Shown piece after piece: positions 12,945 through 26,600 of a DNA stretch of 64,000 nucleotides (the stretch's first letter is position 1; each line of letters starts with the position of its first letter). Source of the stretch: Macrostomum hystrix. Taxonomy: Eukaryota; Animalia; Platyhelminthes. The notes under the pieces are model-generated. The model searched no databases and was not told the DNA's origin. It saw only the letters and a program-made list of their open reading frames with translations. The position numbers and the translations under genes were made by a program. Location: positions 11,842,001 to 11,906,000 of the forward strand of contig CATNEN010000003.1 of the NCBI GenBank assembly GCA_950097015.1, read 5' to 3'.

Positions 12945-14440
12945 AGAGAGGAGAGATGAAGTGAGAAAGGAGGTAGAGTGGGTGCGAGAGGAGAGAGAGT
13001 GGGTGAGAGAGGGCAGAGTGGGTTGGAGAGAGGAGAGTGTGTGAGAGAGGAGAGAGAGTGGGTGAGAGAGGGGAGAGTGGGTGAGAGGGGAGAATGGGTG
13101 AGAGAGGGGAGAATGGGTGAGAGAGGGGAGAGTGGGTGAGAGGGGAGAGTGGGTGAGAGAGGGCAGAGTGGGTTGGAGAGGGGAGAGTGGGTGAGAGAGG
13201 GGAGAATGGGTGAGAGAGGGGAGAGTGGGTGAGAGGGGAGAGTGGATGAGAGAGGGCAGAGTGGGTTGGAGAGGGGAGAGTGGGTGAGAGAGAAGAGAGA
13301 GTGGGTGAGAGGGGAGAGTGGATGAGAGAGGAGAGAGAGTGGGTGAGACAGGAGAGAGAGTGGGTGAGAGAGGAGAGAGAGTGGGTGAGAGAGGGGAGAG
13401 AGTGGGTGAGAGAGGGCAGAGTGGGTGAGAGGGGAGAGTGGGTGAGAGGGGAGAGTGGGTGAGAGGGGAGAGTGGGTGAGAGGGGAGAGTGGATGAGAGA
13501 GGAGAGAGTGGGTGAGACAGGAGAGAGAGTGGGTGAGAGAGGAGAGAGTGGGTGAGAGAGGAGAGAGAGTGGGTGCGAGAGGAGAGAGAGTGGGTGCGAG
13601 AGGAGAGAGAGTGGGTGAGAGAGGAGAGAGAGTGGGTGAGAGAGGGCAGAGTGGGTGAGAGGGGAGAGTGGGTGAGAGGGGAGAGTGGGTGAGAGGGGAG
13701 AGTGGGTGAGAGGGGAGAGTGGATGAGAGAGGAGAGAGTGGGTGAGACAGGAGAGAGAGTGGGTGAGAGAGGAGAGAGTGGGTGAGAGAGGAGAGAGAGT
13801 GGGTGAGAGAGGAGAGAGTGGGTGAGAGAGGAGAGAGTGGGTGAGAGGGGAGAATGGGAGAGAGAGGGGAGAGTGGGTCAGAGGGGAGAATGGGTGAGAG
13901 AGGGGAGAGTGGGTGAGAGGGGAGAGTGGGTTGGAGAGGGGAGAGTGGGTGAGAGGGGAGAGTGGGTGAGAGGGGAGAGTGGGCGAGAGGGGAGAGAGAG
14001 TCGGTAAGTGGGAGAGAGTGGGTGAGATAAGAGAGAGTGGGTGAGAGAGGGCAGAGTGGGTGAGAGGGGACAGTGGGTGAGAGGGGAGAGTGGGTGAGAG
14101 AGGAGAGAGAGTGGGTGAGAGAGGGCAGAGTGGGTGAGAGGGGAGAGTGGGTGAGAGGGGAGAGAGAGTGGGTGAGAGAGGGCAGAGTGGGTGAGAGGGG
14201 AGAGTGGGTGAGAGGGGAGAGTGGGCGAGAGGGGAGAGAGAGTCGGTAAGTGGGAGAGAGTGGGTGAGATAAGAGAGAGTGGGTGAGAGGGCAGAGAGAG
14301 TCGGTAAGAGGGAGAGAGTGGGTGAGAGGGCAGAGAGAGTCGGTAAGTGGGAGAGAGTGGGTGAGAGAAGAGAGAGTGGGTGAGAGAAGAGAGAGTGGGT
14401 GAGAGAAGAGAGAAAGGGGGTGAGAGGGAAGAGAGATAAC
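12945..14440. repeat. Purine-rich degenerate minisatellite GAGTGGGTGAGAGGGGA
   Basis: Tandem G/A-rich units. Confidence 0.95.
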
Positions 14441-14480
14441 GGAGCGAGAGCAGTTTAAAGGTAGATTTTATTTATGAGCT

Positions 14481-14740
14481 CGGTTGCAGCCTAGTGGTCA
14501 GAGCGTTGGACTCAGGACTTGGTGGTCGGGGGTTCGATTCCCGACTCCACTCGTAGCAAGACACTGAACTCTGCATTGCTTCAGTTCACCCACCAGTACC
14601 AAGGTTAGATTGGGTAATTGAGGGTGGGTGTGGCGTCCCCCAGTCCGTGGACTGAACAGCCGTACGCAGCCTTCAGATGCGCCGCGCAATTGCTGCGGCT
14701 GTGCTGTCGGCTGCACATGTTTAAACAATTATTAGTATAT
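14481..14740 (+). mobile_element. tRNA-derived SINE family A, longer copy
   Basis: A box CAGCCTAGTGG, B box GGTTCGATTCCC, ~190-nt body, AT-rich tail. Confidence 0.7.
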
Positions 14741-15469
14741 TGTTTATAAAGCTATATTAATAAACAATAAATTTAGGCTTGATACTTAGTCGAATTGTTT
14801 AAATCCAGGTGTCTGCTTGTATAAACAGCATCAAATCTATATAAAGCTCAGGTACATACGAGTCCAGTATTCTATACGGGTTAATTATTGCGACTTATAA
14901 AGGCTTAAGCTGTCTGTAAAATTACGGTATTTTTATCTAGCCAATATTGTGCAGTATCATATAGTAAATATCAGTTATGGTCCTGTGAATGCAGCATAAG
15001 CAGATACGAATCTAGCAGGCCAATGAGACATTGAATCCGAGCTCACACTCGATAACGTGCTCCTATATGTTTGAACGGATGGGATATCTTTTGCACACTC
15101 ATGCCCATTTTGGGGATAAGACACAGTATTAAGAAGGCCAGCTTATCTATGAAAAACTAGCTTATGAGTCAAGCCAAGTTCTCTCATACGGTTGCCTAAA
15201 TACATTTTGACCAAACAACCTAGAGGTCCCTAGGTTGGATTTGCTTGTGCTTACAAAGTTGGATTACTGCTGCATTAAGGTTTAGGTCAGGCAAAAGATT
15301 TGAGGCCAAATATAATTTTCTTGGAAATTCCCACAGATATGACGATTAAAATGCATTGTAAACACGTAGCATTTATCTAGCTTTTAGCTTGATTGTACGT
15401 CAAGCCAGTTTTTAGTGTAATAAATCTACTAGATTGTATTATTTATCATTTTATTGATTATCTTTCGGA

Positions 15470-15685
15470 GGGCTGCGGGCAATGGTACATCATTTGGCGA
15501 CACTAGACTCGCTGACTGCTGAGCACACACGCACACAGATACTGTACGCAGGCACACGCGCTTACACAGGTGTGCCCTGAATTTCTCATCGTCAGGCAGT
15601 GTACGCTCTCGCTGTGCCTCTAATGAATGTGGCTTCGTCACGGAATCGAGCTCAGTGACCTTGGTGCGAGAGGCAAACGCGTTAA
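15470..15685 (-). mobile_element. SINE family B, internally deleted
   Basis: Matches the reverse complement of family B head and tail. Confidence 0.75.
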
Positions 15686-15729
15686 ATTTTTCCAGGATTT
15701 CTGCAGAGGAAATTTTCTAGGGCCCAAAT

Positions 15730-15942
15730 GCCATTGGCTGCTGCTGGGAAGCAGCTTTGACTAATCCGCTTGCACGGTCGCACGCTATTGGCTGAGTGCA
15801 GAAGCAGGCTAAATATCACATTCAAGGGCTGCGTATATCAACATCTCAGGTCGTAAACCAACTGAGCCTGTGGAGCTAAGTGAAATTTTATTCAACACAA
15901 AATTGATACAATTATACCAAGGACATTCACTGACATGTAAGT
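15730..15942 (+). promoter_or_regulatory. Protocadherin promoter and non-coding first exon
   Basis: Two ATTGGCTG (reverse CCAAT) boxes; GTAAGT donor at 15937. Confidence 0.45.
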
Positions 15943-16333
15943 GATTTATTTTCTTTTTTTCTCTAAAATCGTGTGTCGCATCTTAGATGAATTATGCTTT
16001 CTTAATTGTAAACCATTGCTCGCGTGCAAAGCGCTATTTACTTTTTTGATGCAGCAAAGCTTGGTGACGATGAATTCTGGGCTGGGGGCGGGGACAGTTT
16101 GAACGATGCATTAGAAAACTGTTGCCACTCTGAAGACAACATCACGCGATCGTTCGCTTTGCTCAATCGAGAACAAAAACAGTCACTGATTGGGATTTCA
16201 TACTCACTTTGGTCTTTTTGTATAGCTTTTTAATTTAGAAGCCTTGAGTAATGAACAGGAGTCTAAAAAAGAAAATCACTCATCATTTGCCACAAGGACA
16301 GAAAAACGGACGCGAACACCGAAAGACGCTGCA

Positions 16334-19300
16334 ATGCGAATTCTTGTTCTGCTGTGCTCAGCAATGCTGCTTCCGCTGTCCAGTGCCATCCAGCGTCAGA
16401 AAGTATTCATCACTGTGGAAGAACAACCGCCAGGTACTCTGGTTGGTAGCCTCATGGACGATAGCGGCAGTGATAGTGGAGCCACATTCAACGTCATTCC
16501 GAAAAAGGGCGACAGTGGGGACGCGTACTTTAGTGTCGACCCAAACGGACAGGTGCGCGTTAAACAGCGAATCGATCGAGACAGACTGGACCAGTGCAGG
16601 ACTGTTAGGCAGGCAGTTCAGCAGCACCCGACGGAGCAGTGCGTGCTGACTCTTCAAGCATTTCGCATCGGCAGCTCCGGTCAGATGAGACTAGAAGACT
16701 CGCTTGAGATTCGAGTCGCGGTGCTGGATATCAACGACAACGCGCCATCGTGGCACCGGCTCAGCTTGGAGGCGCGCATCAGCGAGGATCACCAGGTGCG
16801 CCACACGTTTCGAGTCGAAGCTGCTCGTGATCCCGACTTCGGCCCGAACGGCACCATCAGCTACGAGCTTATCGACCCTACCGGAACCTTCTCAATAGCC
16901 AACTATCCTACTGACTCGTCTAGCGATTCAATCGCAATCAGCGTTGATAAGCCGCTGGATAGAGAGGCCATTGAGAAGTACAACCTGACTCTCGTTGCCA
17001 GGGACTCGGCCCCGACACCGAGAACGACCAGCGTTAAGCTGTTCGTCCTAGTTGACGATGTGAACGATCATGCGCCAGTGTTCAACCAGTCGCACTACAG
17101 TCTGGCTCTGCGTGAGACGGCGCCCTATCCTCAACCAATTCTCCAGCTTCACGCTACAGATCTCGATAAAGGCAGAAACAGCGAGGTTGAATACACATTC
17201 GCTGACGCCACTCCTGGCAGTGTCCTCGCCCAGTTTCGTCTGGACCGAATGCGCGGCAGTTTGTCGTTGAAGCAGCCGCTGGACTATGACCGAGTCGATA
17301 CCCGACAGTTTGAGTTCGCCGTCGTTGCTCGAGATCGGGCCCAGTCTCCTCGCTCGTCAACTGCCCAGGTGATCATCTCGGTGCTGGATGTGAACGACTC
17401 ACCGCCGCAACTGATCATCTACAGACTGAGCCTAACATCCGGTATGCGAGAGACGAACAAGCTCACGCTGTTAGAGAACTCACCAGTGAGCAGCCTGTTG
17501 GGCATTGGCGTGCTCACGGACGCAGATTCAGACGCTGCTGGGGACGCTAGCTGTGAAATCCAAGCCGACCAGAGCAACAACTTCCGGCTGAATCTATTCA
17601 ACGGGGATAGCAATCAGAAGACCTACCAGATTGTCAGTCGCCAAGTGTTTGACAGAGAACAGCAGGATAACTATCGACTGCGTATTCAATGCCGCGACCG
17701 CGGCTCTCCGCCGCTTTCAAGCACTTTCGACATCGACGTAGACATTGCAGATGTAAACGATGAAGTGCCAGCCTTTGCTCAGAGCCGCTATGAGTTCCCA
17801 ATGCGAGAGAACATGCTGCCAATGTCGCGGGTGGGCAGCATTGAGGCCACGGATCGCGACGCCGGTCAGAACGGTCGAGTGTCTTACACCATAGACCCGT
17901 CGTCTCCGGACGCTCACCTGTTTCGCCTCGGTGCCACTTCCCGGGGCGAAATTCTAACAGCAACGCGACTGGACCGAGAAGGCAAAGCAGAGCTCAGCTT
18001 CACACTGATCGCTACCGACCACGGCTCGCCAGCGTTGAACGCCACGACCAGGGTTGTTGTCCGAGTACTCGACGAGAACGACTCGCGACCGAAGTTCGCC
18101 GCTTCTGAGGTCACTTATGAACTTTTCGAAGGTGAGCCTATTGGCACTGCGGTAGGTAACCTGAGCGCTTTCGACGAGGACGAAGGTTTGAACGCGAACA
18201 TCACCTACGGGATTCATTCACCGGGTTCTATCGCCCTGCCTTTCACAATCATGCCGCTGGACCCAGGAGGTCGTGCCGCACAACTGCGCACAATCTCTGA
18301 GATTGACAGGGAGTCTTTAGCGCTCGGCGCCAACGCTGCTGATGAGAAGTCTTACACGTTCATTGTGCGAGCTGTTGATCGAGGGCATGCACCACTCACC
18401 GGCACGTGTCTCGTCAAGGTTTGTCTCGAAACTTATTATATCTTGTCTACTAATATTATGTCCGGGGAGTACTTGCGCACTGGGAAATAATTTTGTAATT
18501 CTGCTCATCCCGCTAACTCCTGAGCACACAACCCGACTTTGGTATACATACTTTTTCTGACTTTCTCATCGTCAGGCTGTGTACAATCTCACAGTGCCAG
18601 AGGGGTTGGTCAGGGGGTCAGTGGCAGGGCGGTTAACGTGTTTGCCTCTCGCACCAAGGTCCCTGAGCTCGATTCCGCTGCGAGGCCACATTTATTAGGG
18701 GAGCAGCCGCAGAGAAGGCTTGGGGGCTTGTCGTGCAATTTACGCGCAAGGCACAGTAAGAGTCTACACTGCCTGATGATTAGAAAATCAGGGCAGAAGT
18801 ACAAACCTGTGAGAGCATGTGCCTGCATACAGTATCTAGGTGCGTGTGTGCTCAGGAGTCAGCGGAATGGGCAGAACTGCCTCCTCGCTGGCTGCAGGTC
18901 TAGTGTCACCAAATGATGTGCCACTGCCCTCCTGCAATTATATTATCAATAGGGGTTGGCACTCAGGGGCGTAATTTGCCCGACAATCCTCCAAGCCTTC
19001 TCTAGGCGGCTGCGTCCCAAATGAATGCTGCCTTCGATATGAGATGCAAACGAATTATCCCTTCTTTATCTAAAAGCCTTGTCTAGGCGCTGATTAAATC
19101 TGAAATGTTTAATCGTATTTTTAATTACAGGTGATAATACTGGATCGCAACGACAACAGCCCAGACTGGATCGTGCCGTCGTCCCAGTTGGCTTCGATTA
19201 ACGTTTCCAGACACGAACAGATTGGCCGAGTCTTTATCGAACTTCGCGCCAAAGACGCCGACGATGGCATTTTCGGGCAGGTTCTGTACGCCATTGCGGA

Positions 19301-20976
19301 TGGCGACGCGCATGGCTTGTTCGTGCTGGATCCGAAGGAAGGCGGTTTGAGGCTGCGCCGGCAGCCAACTAGCACGGGAACTTACAAACTGACCCTGTCA
19401 GCCAGCGACTGTGCGGGCTGCAACCACAGTCGAAGCTCGCAGGCTCACCTCATTGTTAACGTGGTGGACGCACCGGCCAGGCTGCGGCCCAGACCCGAGG
19501 ATCACGGACGCGGAGGTGGCGATCGCGGCGGTGGAGGCGGAGGCAACGGCATCGGAGGAGCAGGCGGAACAACTGGTAGAGAAGAATTCAACGGCGCTGG
19601 ACTAAATGAGCAACACCTGATCATCGGGCTAATTATCTGCACAGTAGCTGTTGCCGTTTTAGCCGTATTTGCCGTCTTGCTAGCCAGGTGTCTGTTGGCG
19701 AGAATTGCTCGTGAGTTGTTCTTTCTTAATGAATGCAGATTGGAACTGATAAGTAACATGGCTGTAGGGCACCTTGAATAAGGTCAGGTCAGTTCACGAT
19801 GGGTCAGGTCAGTTCACGATGGTTCAGGTCAGTTCACGATGGGTCAGGTCAGTTCACGATGGGTCAGGTCAGTTCACGATGGTTCAGGTCAGTTCACGAT
19901 GGTTCAGGTCAGTTCAGGATGGTTCAGGTCAGTTCACGATGGTTCAGGTCAGTTCACGATGGTTCAGGTCAGTTCAGGATGGGTCAGGTCAGCTCAGGAT
20001 GGGTCAGGTCAGTTCAGGATGGGTCAGGTCAGTTCAGGATGGGTCAGGTCAGTTCAGGATGGGTCAGGTAAGTTCAGGATGGGTCAGGTCAGTTCAGGAT
20101 GGGTCAGGTCAGTACAGGATGGGTCAGGTAAGTTCAGGATGGGTCAGGTAAGTTCAGGATAGGTCAGGTCAGTTCAGGATATGTCAGGTCAGTTCAGGAT
20201 AGGTCAGATCTGTTCAGGATGGGTCAGATCTGTTCAGGATGGGTCAGATCTGTTCACGATGGGTCAGGTCAGTTCACGATGGGTCAGGTCAGTTCACGAT
20301 AGGTCAGGTCAGTTCAGGATGTGATTGGTTTTAGGCAAGAAGTTTAAGATAAGAATTAAAAAAAGTTCTAAATTACTTATTCACAAAAGTTCCACCAGAA
20401 GCTAGAATGTGTATCTGGGATAAATTTAAAGTGACAATAAGCATTTGAAATCCAGTCTGGCATTCTGACAGTTTGTCTGTCTTATGTGGAACAGGCAGAA
20501 GCATTTACAATTGTGTGCGTGGGGTAAAATGAGAGTGTTTATCAACTTGCATTTGCACTGTTCTAGATATATATGTCGAAATTTTTCATAAAATTAGCTC
20601 ATTTATCATTTCCTGTGTATATGTCAGGCTAGTCTGTGAAAAGGCTGTTTCTATCCACTTCCACTTTCTATCTGTCTCTCGTCTTCTTTGTTCTGTAGAA
20701 ACATTTTCACTCGCATTGTGCCCTCCAAAAAATCTCCAATGGACAGAGAGGACTACAGGAAGGAATGCTAGGCAGAGATTTTAGCCTCATAAATCTTAAC
20801 GGGTGCCAATTGCTGCGTTATCGAGGATATTAGAAGAATCGAGTGAAGAGAGAGACAGAGAGACAGAGAGATGGAGTCAGTGGAGGTGCCAGTTGGACTG
20901 TACCGCAAATCTTTCCAGGTTCGGAGGTCTGGAGTTTCTTTTGTCAATTCTGTGATAAATTGTCCCACTGCGCATG

Positions 20977-21054
<78 letters not shown>

Positions 21055-23655
21055 ACCAGCACTGGTAGTAATTTGTGTTTATAATCTGTCGGGCACAATT
21101 TAGTTTCCTGATCTTATTGCCTGGCTTGGAAAGTTTTCTATTGCAGTTTGGCTGAATTTACAATCTCGCCAAGGCAGGAAGTATGGGATCCCATCTGGAT
21201 GTCTCATAGCAGTTGAGCAGTAAAACTAATTCCCACATACAAATGAGCAAGCAAACGCAAGTTAAGAAATTGCGCCCCTGAGAATAGTCTCCGTCCAGAT
21301 GCTAGTCTCACTGCACCGGAGCTGCTGCAAATTGACACCAATCAGAATTCTGAAAGCGGGAGCCGACGGTTGACAGATTTTATAACCTACTCAATCTACT
21401 CATTTGTGCTCACCCAGGACATTGCCATCACAGCCTCCCCTGCCCTCCAACTGTGGCCGAGAAGTTTGGTCTAAAAAAGGAGACACGGAACTGACAAAAC
21501 AATAAAATTAGTGAATTCTGCTTTATAGCAATTGCCGCCATGAATTGCACGCATGAATGACTTGAGAATGCTCTTATTTATTACTAATGAGTTGTGGAAA
21601 CTACTGTACCGGCTTTTGTTTTGTCAGGACAAAAAATGAAACTGACACAGAGACTGACTGAACAATCTATAATTCAAATTGCTGGGTTTAAGTTAAAATT
21701 GGAATCTAGGAATATTATAAGTTTGAAACTCATTTTTAACTATTTAACTATTTTTAATATGGAACACCATACAATAGTTAGAAAAAAATTCTATCCACCA
21801 ATTTATCAATCGATCTATCTATCAAATTATCAATCGATCTATCTATCTATTTATCAATCGGATCTATCTATCTATTTATCAATCGATCTATCTATCTATT
21901 TATCAATCGATCTATCTATCTACGCTCGTATTTATCAATCGATCTATCTACCAATTTATCAATCGATCTATCTATCTATTTATCAATCGATCTATCTATG
22001 TATTTATCAATCGGATCTATCTATCTATTTATCAATCGATCTATCTATCTATTTATCAATCGATCTATCTATCTATTTATCAATCGATCTATCTATCTAT
22101 TTATCAATCGATCTATCTATCTATTTATCTATCGATCTATCTATCTATTTATCAATCGATCTATCTATCTATTTATCTATCGATCTATCTATCTATTTAT
22201 CAATCGATCTATCTGTCGGATAGCTTAGAAAAGTACCATTTGCGCGCCGCTCTATAACAGCTACTTTATTGTCATTTCAATACTCTCTATTTACTATCTG
22301 GCTATAGTTCACGTGCACCCATGTCACCCCACTGTACTGTCTTTAGATTTACAATGCTTACTTTCTCTCACTGATGCAAGGCGCTGTAGCACCCACCCCT
22401 AATCTCCTTCTAACAAATGCTGAGTCAGTCATTGAGTCTACGAGTACAATAAATATAAATATGACTGCGCGGACGCCAATGAATGCGTGCTTGTTTTCTA
22501 CTCCTAACTTACTCGTCTCAGAACCCATAATTTCACACTATCTATCTATTTATCAATCGATCTATCTATCTATTTATCAATCGATCTATCTATCTATTTA
22601 TCAATCGATCTATCTATCTATTTATCTATCGATCTATCTATCTATTTATCAATCGATCTATCTATCTATTTATCAATCGATCTATCTATCTATTTATCAA
22701 TCGATCTATCTATCTATTTATCTATCGGATCTATCTATCTATTTATCAATCGATCTATCTATCTACGCTCGTATTTATCAATCGATCTATCTACCAATTT
22801 ATCAATCGATCTATCTATCTATTTATCAATCGATCTATCTATGTATTTATCAATCGGATCTATCTATCTATTTATCAATCGATCTATCTATCTATTTATC
22901 AATCGATCTATCTATCTATTTATCAATCGATCTATCTATCTATTTATCAATCGATCTATCTATCTATTTATCTATCGATCTATCTATCTATTTATCTATC
23001 GATCTATCTATCTATTTATCAATCGATCTATCTATCTATTTATCAATCGATCTATCTATCTATTTATCTATCGATCTATCTATCTATTTATCTATCGATC
23101 TATCTATCTATTTATCAATCGATCTATCTATCTATTTATCAATCGATCTATCTATCTATTTATCAATCGATATATCTATCTATTTATCTATCGATCTATC
23201 TATCTATTTATCCATCGATCTATCTATTAATTTTTCCATCGATCTATCTACCAATTTATCCATCGATCTATCTACCAATTTATCCATCGATCTATCTATC
23301 AAATTATCAATCTATCTATCTATCAATTTCCGTACCGATCTGTCTATCAATTTTACAAACAATCCATCAACCAATTTTATCAATTCAAAATTTACCTACT
23401 TATCGTTCAATCTATCAGGCAGTTAAAAGATTAATAAATCGATCAAACGCCAATCAATCAATCTATAAATATTTCTTGGTGTGCTTCCATTAGTAAATAA
23501 TCTAACTTCATCAGTCAATCAATGTGTCAATCAAACTGACACATTTACGAATCCAATGCATCGATTCAAATGTTAAAGCTCGGCTATAAAAAAATTTCAG
23601 CATAATTTTTTTCTTTTAAAATCGACTTCAGAGCAGAAAAGATGCAGTGAGGCAT

Positions 23656-23694
<39 letters not shown>

Positions 23695-26600
23695 ATTCAA
23701 TGAAGAAAACTGTGCCTTTATTCTTACCTGTCTTTCCCTCCCATAGATTCTACCTGTAACTCATTTTACCAAAAGTTAAAAAAATGCTTCTTCTAACAGT
23801 AAACCTTGTCTAACAGTCTTCTTCTTCCGCAACAAAGCAGACGACGCTGCATCTTCTAAACGCTTGGCTAATTATTCTCAGAGTAAAGAAATTATATATG
23901 AATAATGGGAGATGTTCTAAGAAACATATGGGTAGGTCAATGAGGAGTGACTGCACCGACTCAGTTCTCAAACTCATTAAAATAGCTCCGTGGGGTTAAT
24001 GGTAGGGTCTGCAACTGAACTCAGCGTATGTGTGTTTGTCTCGAAATGTGTGATTCAAGAGTAGACAGTTTAAAAAAGTAAATTTTTCGTAACATCATTT
24101 GCTTCTTTTAACAGTCTATTAAAACCGTATCAGGGGTGAAGAAAACCTAATGAGTGACAATTCTACAACTGGCAACTTAATATAGAAGAAAAATGGCTTA
24201 ATTATTCATGAAATCATTATACACTGCCTTCCATTCTTTCTTCTGAAAGATTCTTTAACAAAATTCTACTCCATTCCGGATGCAGACTCCGGAGCGGCGA
24301 AACGAGCGATGCAGAAACAACAGGCTGACACAGATTTGGCCCATCAGGAGTCACTGCTGTACGGACAACGGATTGTGGTGAGCTGGGGTTTGGTGTCCAA
24401 CAGGTACACATTGTGTCTAACAGGTACATTGTGTCTAACAGGTACACATTGTGTCTAACAGGTACACATTGTGTCTAACAGGTACACATTGTGTCTAACA
24501 GGTACAGATTGTGTCTAAAAGGTACAGATTGTGTCTAAAAGGTCTAGATTGTGTCTAACAGGTACAGATTGTGTCTAAAAGGTACAGATTGTGTCTAACA
24601 GGTACGCATTGTGTCTAACAGGTACGCATTGTGTCTAACAGGTACACATAGTGTCTAACAGGTACGCATTCTATCTAACATGTACATATTGTGTGTCTAA
24701 CAGGTTTAAACTGTGTGTCTAACAGGTACAGATTGTGTATCTAACAGGTACAGATTGTGTCTAACAGGTACATATTGTGTCTAACAGGTACGCATTGTGT
24801 CTAACAGGTACGCATTGTGTCTAACAGGTACACATAGTGTCTAACAGGTACGCATTGAATCTAACATGTAACATATTGTGTGTCTAACAGGTTCAAATGT
24901 GTCTAACAGGTACAGATTGTGTCTAACAGGTACAAATTGTGTCTAACAGGTACAGATTGTGTCCAACAGGTACAGATTGTGTCTAACAGGTACTCTGTAC
25001 CTTAGGATGCAGTCTCTTTCTAACAGGATGCAGTCTCTGTCTAACAGGATGCAGTCTCTGTCTAACAGGCTGCAGTCTCTGTCTAACAGGATGCAGTCTC
25101 TGTCTAACAGGATGCAGTCTCTGTCTAACAGGATGCAGTCTCTGTCTAACAGGATGCAGTCTCTGTCTAACAGGATGCAGTCTCTGTCTAACAGGATGTA
25201 GTCTCTGTCTAACAGAATGCAGTCTCTGTCTAACAGGATGCAGTCTCTGTCTAACAGGATGCAGTCTCTGTCTAACAGGATGCAGTCTCTGTCTAACAGG
25301 ATGCAGTCTCTGTCTAACAGGATGCAGTCTCTGTCTAACAGGATGCAGTCTCTGTCTAACAGGATGCAGTCTCTGTCTAACAGGATGCAGTCTCTGTCTA
25401 ACAGGATGCAGTCTCTGTCTAACAGGATGCAGTCTCTGTCTAACAGGATGCAGTCTCTGTCTAACAGGATGTAGTCTCTGTCTAACAGAATGCAGTCTCT
25501 GTCTAACAGGATGCAGTCTCTGTCTAACAGGATGCAGTCTCTGTCTAACAGGATGTAGTCTCTGTCTAACAGAATGCAGTCTCTGTCTAACAGGATGCAG
25601 TCTCTGTCTAACAGGATGCAGTCTCTGTCTAACAGGCTGCAGTCTCTGTCTAACAGGATGCAGTCTCTGTCTAACAGGATGCAGTCTCTGTCTAACAGGA
25701 TGCAGTCTCTGTCTAACAGGATGCAGTCTCTGTCTAACAGGATGCAGTCTCTGTCTAACATAAAGGTTTTAATGCCTAACATTCCTTCAGCAAGGGGTCA
25801 TTCGTGATGGGATCCGCCTATTAAAAATGTGAGTCCTTGCCCCTCATTGGGAAAATATCCTAAGCATTGCAGCCAATTAAAGTAGGCTTAATTGTTGAGT
25901 GTTTTAGAAATTCCCCTTTTTCTTTTTTCCCATTCCCCTAGGAGAGTCGGCGAAGCTTGAGAAGTTTTATCTTCAATCTAGAATTTCTGTTGCGTGTTCA
26001 TTCCGTACCCAATTCAATCAATGTGGAAGCTGATGTTGAAACTAACGGCCAAAAAAGTAAAGAAAACTACATAGGGGGGGAAATTGTCAAATAATAAATT
26101 CAGCTTCATTGCGTGTTCTTGACCTAAGAGAATGAGGAACAGAGTGATAGAGAGGGAGGGAGAGAGTGAAATGGGATTGACAAGGGGGGATGGCAGTGGT
26201 TGGCCAGAAATCCCCTAAAAATACTGTCCCTAGAATCTTGTCACGAGAAGAATCTTTGAACTGCAATTGAAAATAATTTAGTAACTTTTATTCGAGATTC
26301 CGGTACTTTTGATTGAAAAATTTCGATGTATAATTTATAGACTGTTTTAAAATAGTTCCCAGTAATTTATGTAGAGATTGTAGAAGGGCTTACGTACAAA
26401 ATACGTGTTAGATGCAAAAGTCACCTGTTAGACATGTGTTAGACACTGAAGTCACCTGTTAGATAGCTGCTAAATACAGAAGTCACCTGTTAGATATGTG
26501 TTAGATACTGAAGTCACCTGTTAGACATCCGTTAGACACTGAAGTCACCTGTTAGATATGTGTTAGATACTGCAGTCACTTGTTAGATATGTGTTAGATA

